From: Schmidtea polychroa
Lineage: Eukaryota
Direction of reading: 5' to 3'
Assembly: GCA_044892525.1 (NCBI GenBank)
Contig: CM097885.1
Coordinates: forward strand, 23,312,186-23,376,000
Length of the DNA: 63,815 nt
The notes below the pieces were generated by a model that was given only the letters and a program-made list of their open reading frames with translations, was not told the origin of the DNA and searched no databases. Below are positions 1 to 12,800 of the stretch, one piece after another; position 1 is the first letter of the stretch; the number at the start of each line of letters is the position of its first letter. Position numbers and translations under genes: made by a program.

Positions 1-6
1 TTTTAG

Positions 7-851
7 TTTTTATTCAAAGATACTGCTGAAGTAACTTATCTTTCATCCCAAGGAGTAAATGTGGGAAATGTCAGTTATTCCTTCCCATACAGCAAAGCCG
101 AATTTCAAATATCCGATCGTGGGCAGTACCTTTATGTCAAAGGAATCAAAGGTTGGGTTTTATGCAAAAGTTTCAGTTTTGATAGAAAATAATTTTATTT
201 AGATTTGAATATTTTCTACAACAAAAAAGGCTCGATTTTTGTATTTGCTCCAGCGACAATGAAAAAACAGGTTTGTGGTTTGTGTGGTCTCTATGACGGC
301 AACGGTGAGGATAAATTTGAAACAGTTGACGCTTCAATGAACCCGATAGCTACTGATTTGAATTTCATAAAAACTTGGCTATCAGTATCAAGAGAAAACC
401 TCTTGAAGCCTGATCCAGCTATTCAAATGGTTAATTGCGATCTGAATGAAGTATTTTGAATTTTCAATGAAATTTGATTATTTTTACACAAAACAAAAGA
501 TGACAACGTGCGAGAAAGTCGTCTCAATTTTCGGAAAGAAATTTGAAGAAATTTGTTACGCAGAATTGTGTCAAATGAAAAATCAGAAAAATTCGTGTGA
601 CCTATTGAGGGATATTGCCTTTTTGAGTTCACCGGAAAAAATCATCAGCGATTGGAGATATAAATTAGATTGCGGTACGGAAATAATTAAATGATTAAAT
701 AAATTTTTATTTGTTTATTTAGAAGAACCTATTTGTCCGAATAAAATGATTTGGTCTGACTGTGGGAATAACTGCAATAATAGATGTGGATTCAACAATG
801 ATGATGTGGACTGTTCAAAAGTTTGTACTCCTGGATGTTATTGTAGGAAAG
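7..851 (+). CDS. Mucin exons 7-151, 203-450, 500-674, 723-851: end of VWD1, degenerate C8-1, TIL1
   Basis: VCGLCGLYDGN; CPNKMIWSDCGNNCNNRC...CSKVCTPGCYC; introns of 51, 49 and 48 bp, all GT-AG. Confidence 0.85.
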
Positions 852-3800
852 GTACTTACTGTTTTATAATTGTCTCTTTATTAAAAATTTATTTTAAATG
901 ACTTAATAAATCTGAGCTTTTACTCAAAATTGAGTTTTCAGTATTAAGACAGTCTCCTCTCCCTCTTGTTCTATTAATGCTCCAAGTTTCTTTTTATACT
1001 AGTTCTCAGCAGAAATATTTAAGCGCGTGATTTAATTGGTCACCTTTTAAGTTTTGCTAAGTCAACTGTAATAAATAAGAAATAAAATCTTGACTCAAAT
1101 TTCATAAAAGAAAAGTTTATTTTTGGCATCAACTTATCAAAAAGAATAGGAAATAGTTCTGAAGCTGTCTCTTCGTGTTCACTAAAAAATCAGATAATTG
1201 ATCACGAGAAAGACCCGTTTACAATGAAGTATAATTTAAAATCTTTGAGTAGAAGTTCAAAGGATTTTACTCCTGATGTAGGTCTTTAATCCTATATTAT
1301 TAAGTAGTTTGTTAATTTCGCTCTTCTGACCAAGGTGGCAAGTTTTTTTGTTTATTTTTATTCATATATATTATTTTTATTAATCATCATTGTTAATGAT
1401 TTCTGTCATATCCATTTCAAGGGACAAATAAGTGGTTGGTGGTGCATTTCCTTCTAAATGTTTTAAGTAATTATTCACATAACATTAGGCTTATATACTT
1501 TTCATAATCAAAATCACTTGAAAAAGGCAGTGCCGAAAATTCGTGAATATCAAAAACATCGATATATTTACTGATTCATAGGCAAGCTTTTTAATAAATG
1601 CAATGTTATATACTTTTGGAAATATAAATTGTTTTAATTTGCGAAAAATTTACATTTTGACCAAATTAATTTTCTTATTACAAAATTTAAATATTATTCC
1701 AAATCTATCAATGAATTTTTGGTTAAAGACAAGAACTTTAACAAAAAAAAGACATGGGAATCGGACTGATACATCTACCATTGAAGAAGAGTATACAAAC
1801 TATGGATTTATCAAAATATAATAACAAGAGTCACCTATGAACAGACCGAAAACGAAGTACGATGAAAGTTAATTATATTTTGGATTTACATCTTTTGGAA
1901 ATTTAGATGTCCTTGATGTGTTTTATGTCATTTACATAATAAACAAATAAATAAACAAGGTGTTCCGTTAAAATTTCAGGATTGACGAAATTTTACAACA
2001 TATGTAAGAGGACAGACCTTTATTTCACTGCTATTTTTGTATTAAATGTTATAAACATAAATCTTATAAGGCATTTTTTTTATTTTCTTCGATATCCCCT
2101 TTATTTTTACAAAATATATTTGGTCACCGTATTCATAAGAGAAGGTTGGGAAACTCTGATTCAGAAAATAAAAATATATTTTATCAAATAATATTGTAGT
2201 TACATCTTTTATCTTATTCAAGATTGGTCTATTTATTTTCAATGTTCTGTATCTTCATTTCCTTTTACACTATATATCGATACTTTGTATTCTATTGATC
2301 GATAGTCTAAAAAGAAATAGAAATAATGGATATAAATGTTATTTATAAAATTCTTTAAAATAGATTTCTTTTGGTACAAAAATCAGTGCAAAAGAGCAGA
2401 TGAATGCCTTTGTGAATACAGAGCATCAGCAAAGCAAATAGATTCCTTTAAATTTGGTGATAAAATGAAGAAAGGCTGTCAAAACTGGTAAATGATAATG
2501 ATAATATATAAAAATTTTACCCTATTTTCTTTTCCTTCCAGTTTATGCGAGAGTAAAGGTCTATGGAAATGTGACACTCATGACCAGTGCTCATCAAGAT
2601 GTATCATCACCGGAGATCCGCATTTTATTACATTTGACAATCAGCACATATTCGTGGAAGGACAATGCCAATATATCGCTGTCATGCCAAAGGAAATAGA
2701 GAGTGATATGCCTCAATTATCAATTATCGTTGAAAATAAATTCTGCTTCAATTCCGAAGATATAACTTGCGCCAAAGGAATAAAAATACTTTTCGGAGAG
2801 GGCATAAATCAAACTGAAATCGAGTAAATTGATGAGACAAAATAATAAACGTTTATTTCAACTAAATTTAGAGTAAAATCCAAAGCAGAAGTATTCATAA
2901 ACAGCAAGCTTGCAACTATACCGTCCAAGGTCAACAAAGGTATAGAAATCTCAGTGTTTAAAGTGACAAGTGACGGCTTAAAGATCGAAGCCGGAGATTT
3001 GTTCAGTGTTTTTCGGAAAGACGATTCACGGATAGAATTAGTTTTGTCGGCTAAATATGCGAAGAAGGTGAATGGAAGCTAATGACGAACGAATTAATTT
3101 TAAGTTGTGTTAGGTAACCGGTCTATGTGGAAACTTTAATGGAGATCCTGAAGATGACAACATCATGCCTGACGGTGCACCAGCAAAAGATGACTCTGAA
3201 TTAGCAGGGAGATACAGATTAACTCAAACCTGTCATGGAGAAGTTTTAAGGCAGTCTTATCTTGGGTTATGCGAAACAAGCATTGAATGGGGGAAAATAG
3301 CCAATGAAGTTTGCGGAAAATTCGGACAAGGTGGAAATAATTTTGGCAACAGTTTTTTTTAACTTAAAGCTTTTAAGGTCAATTCAAAGATTGCGAAGCG
3401 TTAGTCCCATCCGAGAAATTTGTTACTCAATGTAAACATGATGTTTGCAACTGCGGTTTACTGAGAAATGCCAGCACCATAAATTGTGAATGCTCAGCGT
3501 ATTCGGCCTATGCTAGAATATGTTCAATTAAAGGAATTCAATTTCAGTGGAGAACTCCAGAATTCTGTCGTAATATTTTACTTTGACTTAGATTTTCTCT
3601 AACAGTATGATATTTACAGCTGTAACATGTCCAAAAAATATGGTTTACAAAGAATGTGGATCAAGTTGTTCGGCGACTTGTCGGCTAAGACAAAGACCAA
3701 ATTGTGATAACGATTGCATAGATGGTTGCCAATGTCCTGAAGTAAGTCTATAAGTATGGTGATGTCCTCTTGATTCTTGTACTTTAGGATATGGTTATTG

Positions 3801-6800
3801 AAGAAAAAACCGGAAATTGCGTTAAAGTTAATGATTGTAAGTGTGAGTATATGGGAAGAGATTATAATGCCAGAGAAGAAAGAAAAGATCGTTGTAATAC
3901 TTGCACATGCCTCAACGGATTATGGAAATGTACAACTAAAGATTGTTCATGTAATTAAAATCTGATAATTTATTGTTAAATTACACATAAAATGCAGCGC
4001 AAAGCTATTGTCCCAATGGGAAAGTATGGAAAGATTGTGGAGGCTGTCAAAGAACCTGTAGAGACATGAATTTAATTTGTGATCCGAATTCTTGTGAACC
4101 AGGATGTTATTGCGAAAGTGGAGAAGTTTATGACAACAACAAATGTATCCCTAAAGGAGAATGTCCATGTTTCTGGCAAAATCAAAGCTTCAACGAATCG
4201 ACTGTAATAACTCGTGGCCCATTTGAATGCCAATTGGCATGGTAAATAATTCTATAATTTTAGCCATATTTTAAATGTGAATTTCAACACAGCACTTGCA
4301 GAAGTGGAAAATGGGAATGCCCAAAAAGAGACTGTGCTGGTAATTAATCAAATCTTTTATAAAGAAAGAAAAGACAATAATCTTTTTTAATTTATTAAGG
4401 ACAATGCAAAGCCTGGGGCGAATCACATTATATGTCCTTTGATGGGAAGTTTTTCGATTTTCAGGGAGACTGCAGTTATGTTTTACTGGAAGACTATTGC
4501 AACAAAAAATCAGGGATATTCAGAATAGTAATCGAAAATGTAGAATGCGGTTCAAAAGGAACAAGTTGTACTAAGTCAATAAGATTTTACTATAAAGATC
4601 ACATTATTCATTTGATTCGTGGCGCCGCACCAATAATCGGTAGAAATCCAACTTGGTCACCTTATTTGGGAACGGGGATATTTTCCAAGCATGATTACAT
4701 CAGCAGTATTGTCATTATTACAAAAGAAGTCACCATTCAATGGGATAGGCAATTGTCCGTTGATGTAATTTTATCACCAGAATATAAAAATAATGTTTGC
4801 GGTTTGTGCGGCAATTTTGATGACAATGTTGACAATGACTTACGGTAATATTTAATTAATTATGTATTTATATATATATATATATATAAGTTTATCTTCT
4901 AAAAAACGTTTGTATTGTGGCTTAGGAAAATAATAATAATAGTAATTATGATGATGACAATAATAACAATAATAATAATAAAAATAAAAATAAATTAGAA
5001 TTAAAAATCTATTTAAAAGAAATTAAAAATAATAAAAATATATCTTTAATATATATTTTTATTATTTAACCAATGAAAGAGATACTTGGTTAAATTGGAC
5101 AAATTTATCATTATTCGATAGAGAAAAGTCTATTTTTAGATAACTTTAAAATTATTTATATTTTCCGAGTTAAACAATTATAGGCTGATAAATCAAAGTA
5201 ATGATTGCGATATTTATACAAAAATCCAGACATTCAAAAATATATCGAAACCATAAAACCGAAAATTCTTTAATTTCTTAGTTTATTAGGAGAAAAAATA
5301 CTTAAAAACGATAAACTCTGGTACCATTACATTTGTATCGTCCATTAATAGTTAAAATTCTAGATCAACGTTACTATTTTCAGCTCTCTTCATTGTTTCT
5401 TTACCAAATAATGAGTTAATTAATTTTGGAGATAATTAGACACATAAATCGAAGGTATGAATGGCATGTCTGTCCCCAACATTAAGTGATTAGATTTTAT
5501 ATCCTAACACCAACTTATTATTATGTTGGAAAAATTCAGTATTAGCTGAAATCAAGGAACACTTCAACTTCATTGTTTTTTTGGAAAGTAGCAGAAAGTA
5601 AAAAAATATCATTGACCTTTGCTAAGTACATAAATGGTTATTGAACAAAATTTAATGGATTTTCTTACCTAATAGGCTGACTGGGTTCTGTGCCATGGGT
5701 TAACAAACTTTTAGGGACCTACAAAATTTCAGAAAATGAGATAATGAAAAATGAAGTCAAGTAATTGAAAAAAATAATAAGAGATAATTAATGATAAATT
5801 TATTAATTGACCAGAAAATATTGCAATACAAATTTAATAACATTTTTGTACAGAAACGGCTTAAGTCAAACCGTGCTAAATTGAGTCAACTTTACGGTTC
5901 TCTTCCATTTAATTAATTAATTAATATAAAAACCTTTAAAGCATTTACTTTAAATATTATACAACATTGGCCATTTGTTTTCATACGAGAGATAATACTC
6001 ATCGCAGCAATACACATTTCAAAACTTTAATTGAGATATAACTTGTCTATGAATCAGTAAATATATCGATGTTTTTTTTGATATTCACGAATTTTCGGCA
6101 ATGCCTTTTTCAAGTGATTTTTCAGTGGTGAAAATTTAAAAAAGTTCTTAAAATTCGTGAATGGCGAAATCCAAAATTTTGAATTCGGGTTTTAGGGGCG
6201 CCAGATATATGAACCGCACATGTCGCAATAATCCCTTGTTACAGCCTTGAGCTTTTTAATAAATACAATATCAATTTAAAAGAAATCAGTGGTGAAATTT
6301 GAAAAATGTTTTTATAATTAAATTTAAGTTTTTCATTAAATTTTTTGTAAGATAAAATTAAGCCAATTATTTGAATATGCACTTAAATTGATAACGTTTA
6401 AATGATTAATAAATCAAAATTAAATTATGATTTTAGAAATCGAGCTGGAATAATTAATGGTGATGTGAATGCATTTGCAGACAGTTGGAAATTAAAGACT
6501 TCATGCCCATATCCCGAAGTATCTAAAAATCCATGTGATATTAACAAATTTAGAGAAAGCTGGGCTATTAAACGATGTTCTATCTTGAAGAGTGAAACTT
6601 TTGAACCTTGCCATAACACAGTCAGATATCAATTATATTATGAAAAGTGCGTACAAGATTCTTGCGCTTGTGATCGTGGTGATGATTGCCTTTGCGTATG
6701 TACAGCCATATCTCAATATGTCCATGAATGCAATAGGTACAATATTAAAATTCAATGGAGAAACTATGAAAATTGCCGTAAATATAATTGATATATTTTT

Positions 6801-9800
6801 TATATCTTAATTCAATAATTTTCAGCAATTATGTGTCCACCGGATCGAGAATATAAACCTTGTGAAAAGGTCTGTCCAGAAACATGTATTGGAACTAGAA
6901 GCTGCATTTCGGATTGTATGGAAGGATGCTATTGCAAAAATAATACATACTTAAAAGATGGTATGAATTATTATTAAATAATTAAACAATTAAATGAGAA
7001 TTTAAGCCTTTTGTTGCGAAAACTTTATTTAATACAAATGAAAAAAAATTCAACTATACAATAGTCCTTGTGAATTTATTGGAATTTAGTTTCTTCTATT
7101 TTCAAATGCTTTTTGATCTTCTTTTTCATTTCCTTTTTCTTATTTCTCATTGATTAAAAATAATATTAAACTTTTTTCTGAAGAATTTAAAATTTTAAAA
7201 ATATTTATTAAATATTCTATAAAATTCAAAACAAAACACTAAAAAAACATTTTTAAATTTTTAAAGCTTCTATAATTAGCTCATAGAAACCTCTTTTAAT
7301 AAATAATATCTTAAAATCATTATAAAAATATAGTTTCCAATAATACGCAATTTAAATATTTTTAAAAAAGTGTTTATATTTGATTTTTAAAAGTATATTT
7401 CCTTAAAATTTCTATATTATTTTAAATTATTATTTCTAATTTTTTAGAAGCTTTCCTTAAGGTCAATAACAACAAATAAAACTGATGGTTTCATTGATCT
7501 CTTCTTTAGTGTTGGGCGTCTGTTTATGTTTAGAATTGCTTCTTTAAATCTGACATATTTTTTGGATGTTTCCGTTGTCTAGGATTTCGATTGAAATATT
7601 TTTTCTTTCCTTCATTGGTTGACATATTTGGAGATGTCTGTATACCGAGGATTTTCCACCAGGATCTAGATGTTTTTTAACTTTTTGGTTCAGGGTCCTG
7701 AGCATACTTCATATGTATATTTCTTTGCATACGTTGCACGTGATGCAATAGACAATGTTTTTTCAAAAGCATATAGTTTTCGGTGTCTGACATTTTTTCA
7801 TTGCAATTGTTTTCTTTTTTTGTGTTGTTTGCCAGAGCTTTTTTAATGTCCAAGATTTATGTGCTAGACGAATTGGAATGCCAGCGCGTTTAAGTTCTTT
7901 CAGGATCTTGAAGTCGTGTATGTCACTGATGAATAAGATATTCAGATAAAAATATTTCTTCTTTTTTGTGTTATCTCCCTAGATCTTTTTGATGTAGAAT
8001 TCATTCTTTTAATGTCAATACATAGATATCCGTTTCTGTGTAGGATTTTATTGAAGTTTAATTGTTGTTTATAGTTGTCGATTTCTTCAGTACATCGATT
8101 GTCTATCCTTTGTTTTTCGTTTTTTATGACATATACTTTCTGGAAGTATGTAAGCTCTGATCTTTGGAGCATAAATATTTCTTTGCAATGGGGTTTTCTG
8201 TAGAACCCTTATGTTGGAGTATCTGCTTCTATTTTAATTTTTAAGTCCAGTAGATTGAGGGATCAATCTTCTACCGAATATTCGATTTCAAACTTAATAT
8301 CTCGGTGAGCCGCAATAAATATATGAAATATTTCTTCCTCTTCTTTACTGCTTTTGGTCACGATAAAGATATCATCTACATATCTTGCTTTCTCTTAATT
8401 TCTATTCTAAACATTTAATAGCATCTTTTGGTTTGATAGATGTGTATAGTGATACTAAATCAAGACTGAAGGGGTATTTGAATTCTTTATGAGTAGTTCT
8501 GTTATTAATAAATAAATTTCAGTAAATTATGTAAGGTAGATAAAACAATACTTTATATTTTTAAAAATTCGCATTTAGAATATATCTATGAAAATAAATA
8601 AAAATTTGAATCAATAATAGTTTTTGGTTTGTTGGTGATTTAAGATTTCAACTTTTATTAATCTTACTGATTGCTTTTTTTAATAACAAGAGTAACAAAC
8701 CCTTTTCATTATCAAATTTATTGATTCAATACAATTACAACTAATTCTTCTTTAAAAATACTCTAAATGAAATAATTAAACAGCCGCAATTTATCAGACG
8801 CAATTTATCAGTTGTTATTGCATCACTAATTTCAAATAGTACTATTTAACTCAAATTTACAATATCTTGATTCGGGTTTCAAAATATCGACAAGTTACAT
8901 TTAATTTTGTTTGTATTTCACAAGGATTTGAATAATTGATGTAACTAGAACTTTTCTGTTGTTTCGTAATCTCAAAAATATTCTCTTAAGTTTTCTGATT
9001 TCTTTTCTCAAGTTTAATCTGTCAATTTTCTCCATTCAAGTTTTCGTTCGATTTTGCAAATTTTTACTTTACATTTCTGATTCTATAAATAAAACTTATC
9101 AATTATACTTAGATAAACATTACTCGTATTTCTATCATCCGTTCATATTTTATTACAATTTCGATTTTGTTATTTAGATTAGATCTGTGCCTCCCAAAAC
9201 TTTCCATGTTATCTTACAATCTTTTTCAATCCATTCCAACAAATTTGCAAACTACGCCTCTCATCCTTAGATTCTTCTTTAGATGAGCTGTCAAGATAAT
9301 TTTCTGTTTTCTCTATTTTCGTGATTATTTACTAATTAATTAATAAACTTCGTTAACTTCATTAATAAACCTTTCTTTTCTTTATGGCTGGTGTTAATAT
9401 GACCTCCAATTTTATGTTTGTTGTCCTTGTTATTTTAATTGTTTCAACAATCATCTTAATCATCAACAAAATAAATATTTCTAAATTCTCAAAATATATA
9501 TTTTAGATCAATGTGTATCTGAAAAACCTCAATGCACATGCAAAGATGAAAATGGAAAAGAATATCCTTTAGGAGAAACAATAATTAAAAACTGCCATAA
9601 ATGGTTGTTTTCATTTTTTGAAATCCTTTTAATATTTATTTAGTACATGTAAGATAAATGGATTTGAATGCGATAAAGAATTGATACCTAACTGTCTCAC
9701 AACCGGTAAGCTATTATTATTTGTAAATAAATTTATATATTTTGTTAAATAGTTTCTACATCGACAGTACTGACAACAACTGTACCAACAATTACTTCAA

Positions 9801-12800
9801 CATTAAATAAAACAAGTGAGTTATTTGTTAATTATTATTTTATTAATCTAACAAATAAGTAAGGCTCATTAAAATTTTTATTAAGCAAAGTAATAATAGT
9901 GAAATTTTGTAAATGAAAAACTATTTCATCTATGAAATATAAATATTTATTTGAAAGACCTTGAATTAGTTTAAATAAATCGCATAAAACATTAAAACCT
10001 TTCAAAAATTTAGAAATTTGCTTATTCATTATTATTAAATATTAAATCATTGAACTGGTTATTTATTTACATCAAAATATAAATAAAATAAAAGATTGTA
10101 GTATTATTTTCTAAAATACCGATTAGCTTAACTATATAGAACTATTTTCTTTGTTAACTAGTATACTTAAATACTAAAAATGAATTTTTTTAGCGATTGT
10201 AAAATTATATCTTTTTAGCCACTTCCTCAACAGTCAAATCAACAACAACTAAATGTAAAGATTTTTTAATTCATTTTAATGCATTTGAGCTTCACTGTCA
10301 TTAGTCTGTGAGGTACCGGTCATTATATCGAAATGGGATTATGTGAAATCGATATCAGCTTCCTCAATAAGTGGTGTCAATGGAGGAGTGGAACAGATTT
10401 TGACAGAAAGCGGATGGGAACCGTTTATCAATGATTTAAACCCGATAATAAAATTGGAGTTCAGTAGTAAAATGTACATTAAAGGGATATCGTTCTTTTT
10501 TGTCAATGTCAATCGCTATTAGTACTATATTTTCATACCAGAAATACAAATTATTAATTTCTTGCAGTGTTTCCGTGATACGTACTGGCAATCAATGGAA
10601 TGATTTGATATCCAACTATGTAACAGATGAAAATCTAAGAATTTCCAATATAGATATGGAAGTCACCCAAATACAATTTACATTCGAGAGATCCATTCAG
10701 AATAAGAACATTTTAGTTAAGGTCACAATTGAAGGTTGTGGTGACAAAAAACCAACAACGACATTAATAACTCCGACTACAACGAAAACTGAAACGACTA
10801 CCACTTCAACAAGTATGAAATATAAAATTCAAAAAATCATTTATCTAAAATAAATTTATTATATTTCATAATCGGTTAATAAAAAAAATTTTTGAATTAA
10901 TTTTTAACAAAATTAAACTTGAAAATATTTTAATTAATTTTTAATTATTTTAACCATATCAAATACAACAATTTATTTATTAAAATATTATTAATAATAA
11001 TTAATAATTTATTCTTATAAAACAATTGTACAAAATTATTTATTATATTTACTAATTAACTAAATAAACAAAATAAATTTCTTTGATTAAATTTAAATAA
11101 TAATTATTATAAAATTAATGAATATTATAAATTAAAATATTTTTATTAAATTTTAATTAATTTAATCAAATTAAATCCTATTACTTATTAAATAAAATAT
11201 TATTAAATTAATAAATCAATAAAATTGTTTTAATCAAATTTAATCCTATTACTTATTAAATTAAATAATATTAAATTAATAAATCAATAAAATTGTTTTG
11301 ATTAAATTTTTTAAAAAAATTGTAAAAATGGTTAAAAAAATATATAAAATCAATTATTTATAATAAATTACATTTTTCATTTTAAATAGATTTTTTATTA
11401 GAAATTAAATATTAAAATTCAATTAAATTTATAACATAAAGATTTCCACAGTTTCAATGTCACAGTTTCAAATGTTATCAGGTAGAAAAGAAAAAAATTA
11501 TATTGTTTATATTGTTCAAATAAATAAAAAAATAATAAATTAATAATTTTTAAAAAACATAAAAAATATTATTTTTAATAATTCACGTAAATAAATTAGT
11601 AATTAAAACTATTAGATTTTTAAAAATTTTTATTAAATTAATAATAATAATTTTTACATTTTAACATATCAATTTAATAATTAAAATCATTTAAACAAAT
11701 TCAATATCCAAATTTTAAAATCATTCAAAACAAAAAATTTAATAGATTAATTTTCCAATTATTATATCAGATATGTAGTTTTAATAGTTTTCCGGACAGT
11801 ACTTATGAAAATTCCACAAAAATTTCAATCTTTACCGAAGTGACCGCGAAATATTTAAATTATATCAAGTTTTTTCATTAGAGCTATGCGTTTTATAAGG
11901 ACAAACTTTCTACTAAGTTTTATTATAATTCTGCATTTTTTATTCAAATCTTCTTTGATTTTTCATTTTCTGTTTATTCAGTATCATATATTATTCTTTG
12001 AAACTTATTTATTTATCTTGTGTTTACAATGTTTTATATCCTCTTTCAAATATTTTTATTTTATTAATTTTCATTCCTAAAACCAATCTTCAAATCATTT
12101 TTTGAAGTTTTAATAATTTCCATTTCATTGTTCTATTGTTTTCCCGTTTTCTATATTTTAACAATGCATTAATTTAATATCTGGAAGCTTGAAGCTGCCT
12201 TCAATTAGTTATTAATTAGTTATTATTGGGTGACAGTGTAGTTTCATCGGAGGCCACGTCACCCATTTATAGATGATGACCTTAAACTATTTTAGAACTC
12301 TGTAACCTAAATGTAACCTAAATAACCTAAACATTTATTTCCCACATCTTTGGCTTCTGGTTCACAATTTGGTATATGATTGGTTGCCTCCAGAGGAAAT
12401 TAAATGATGAAAGAACTCTAATTTCGTTTATTAAAGAATAACTTACAAACAAAAAATATAGAATTCTCCCAGTATAATACCTAATAAATATAATACCTTT
12501 TTACTAAATAATTTTCATATTAGTGACAATTAAAGCTGCAGAAATAAGTACCTTTATAAGTACAAAAGTAAATGCAAAAATAAAATGACATGTAGAAAAA
12601 AATATAAATGAAAAATAATTAAAGTTTCACTATAAATTTTTATTTTATTTACCATCACATTGAGAGCAGTATGTAAATAATTTTATAGTATGCTTTATAC
12701 TATAAAGTTTATAGTATGCTTAATCAGTACTACCGCAAAGGATATAAAAACACAGATTTAAATCAGATTAGTAGAAAGTAGTTAATATAGCCAATGGGTA

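Noticed and set aside
1740-1870. Possible hAT/Charlie transposase N-terminal remnant (EEEYTNYGFIKI)
   Set aside because: Too short, with stops and no TIRs.
10500-10567. Read-through of the ORF-track frame MSMSIAIST... as part of discoidin domain 1
   Set aside because: It is out of frame with the upstream exon; the 46-bp intron 10522-10567 resolves the phase.
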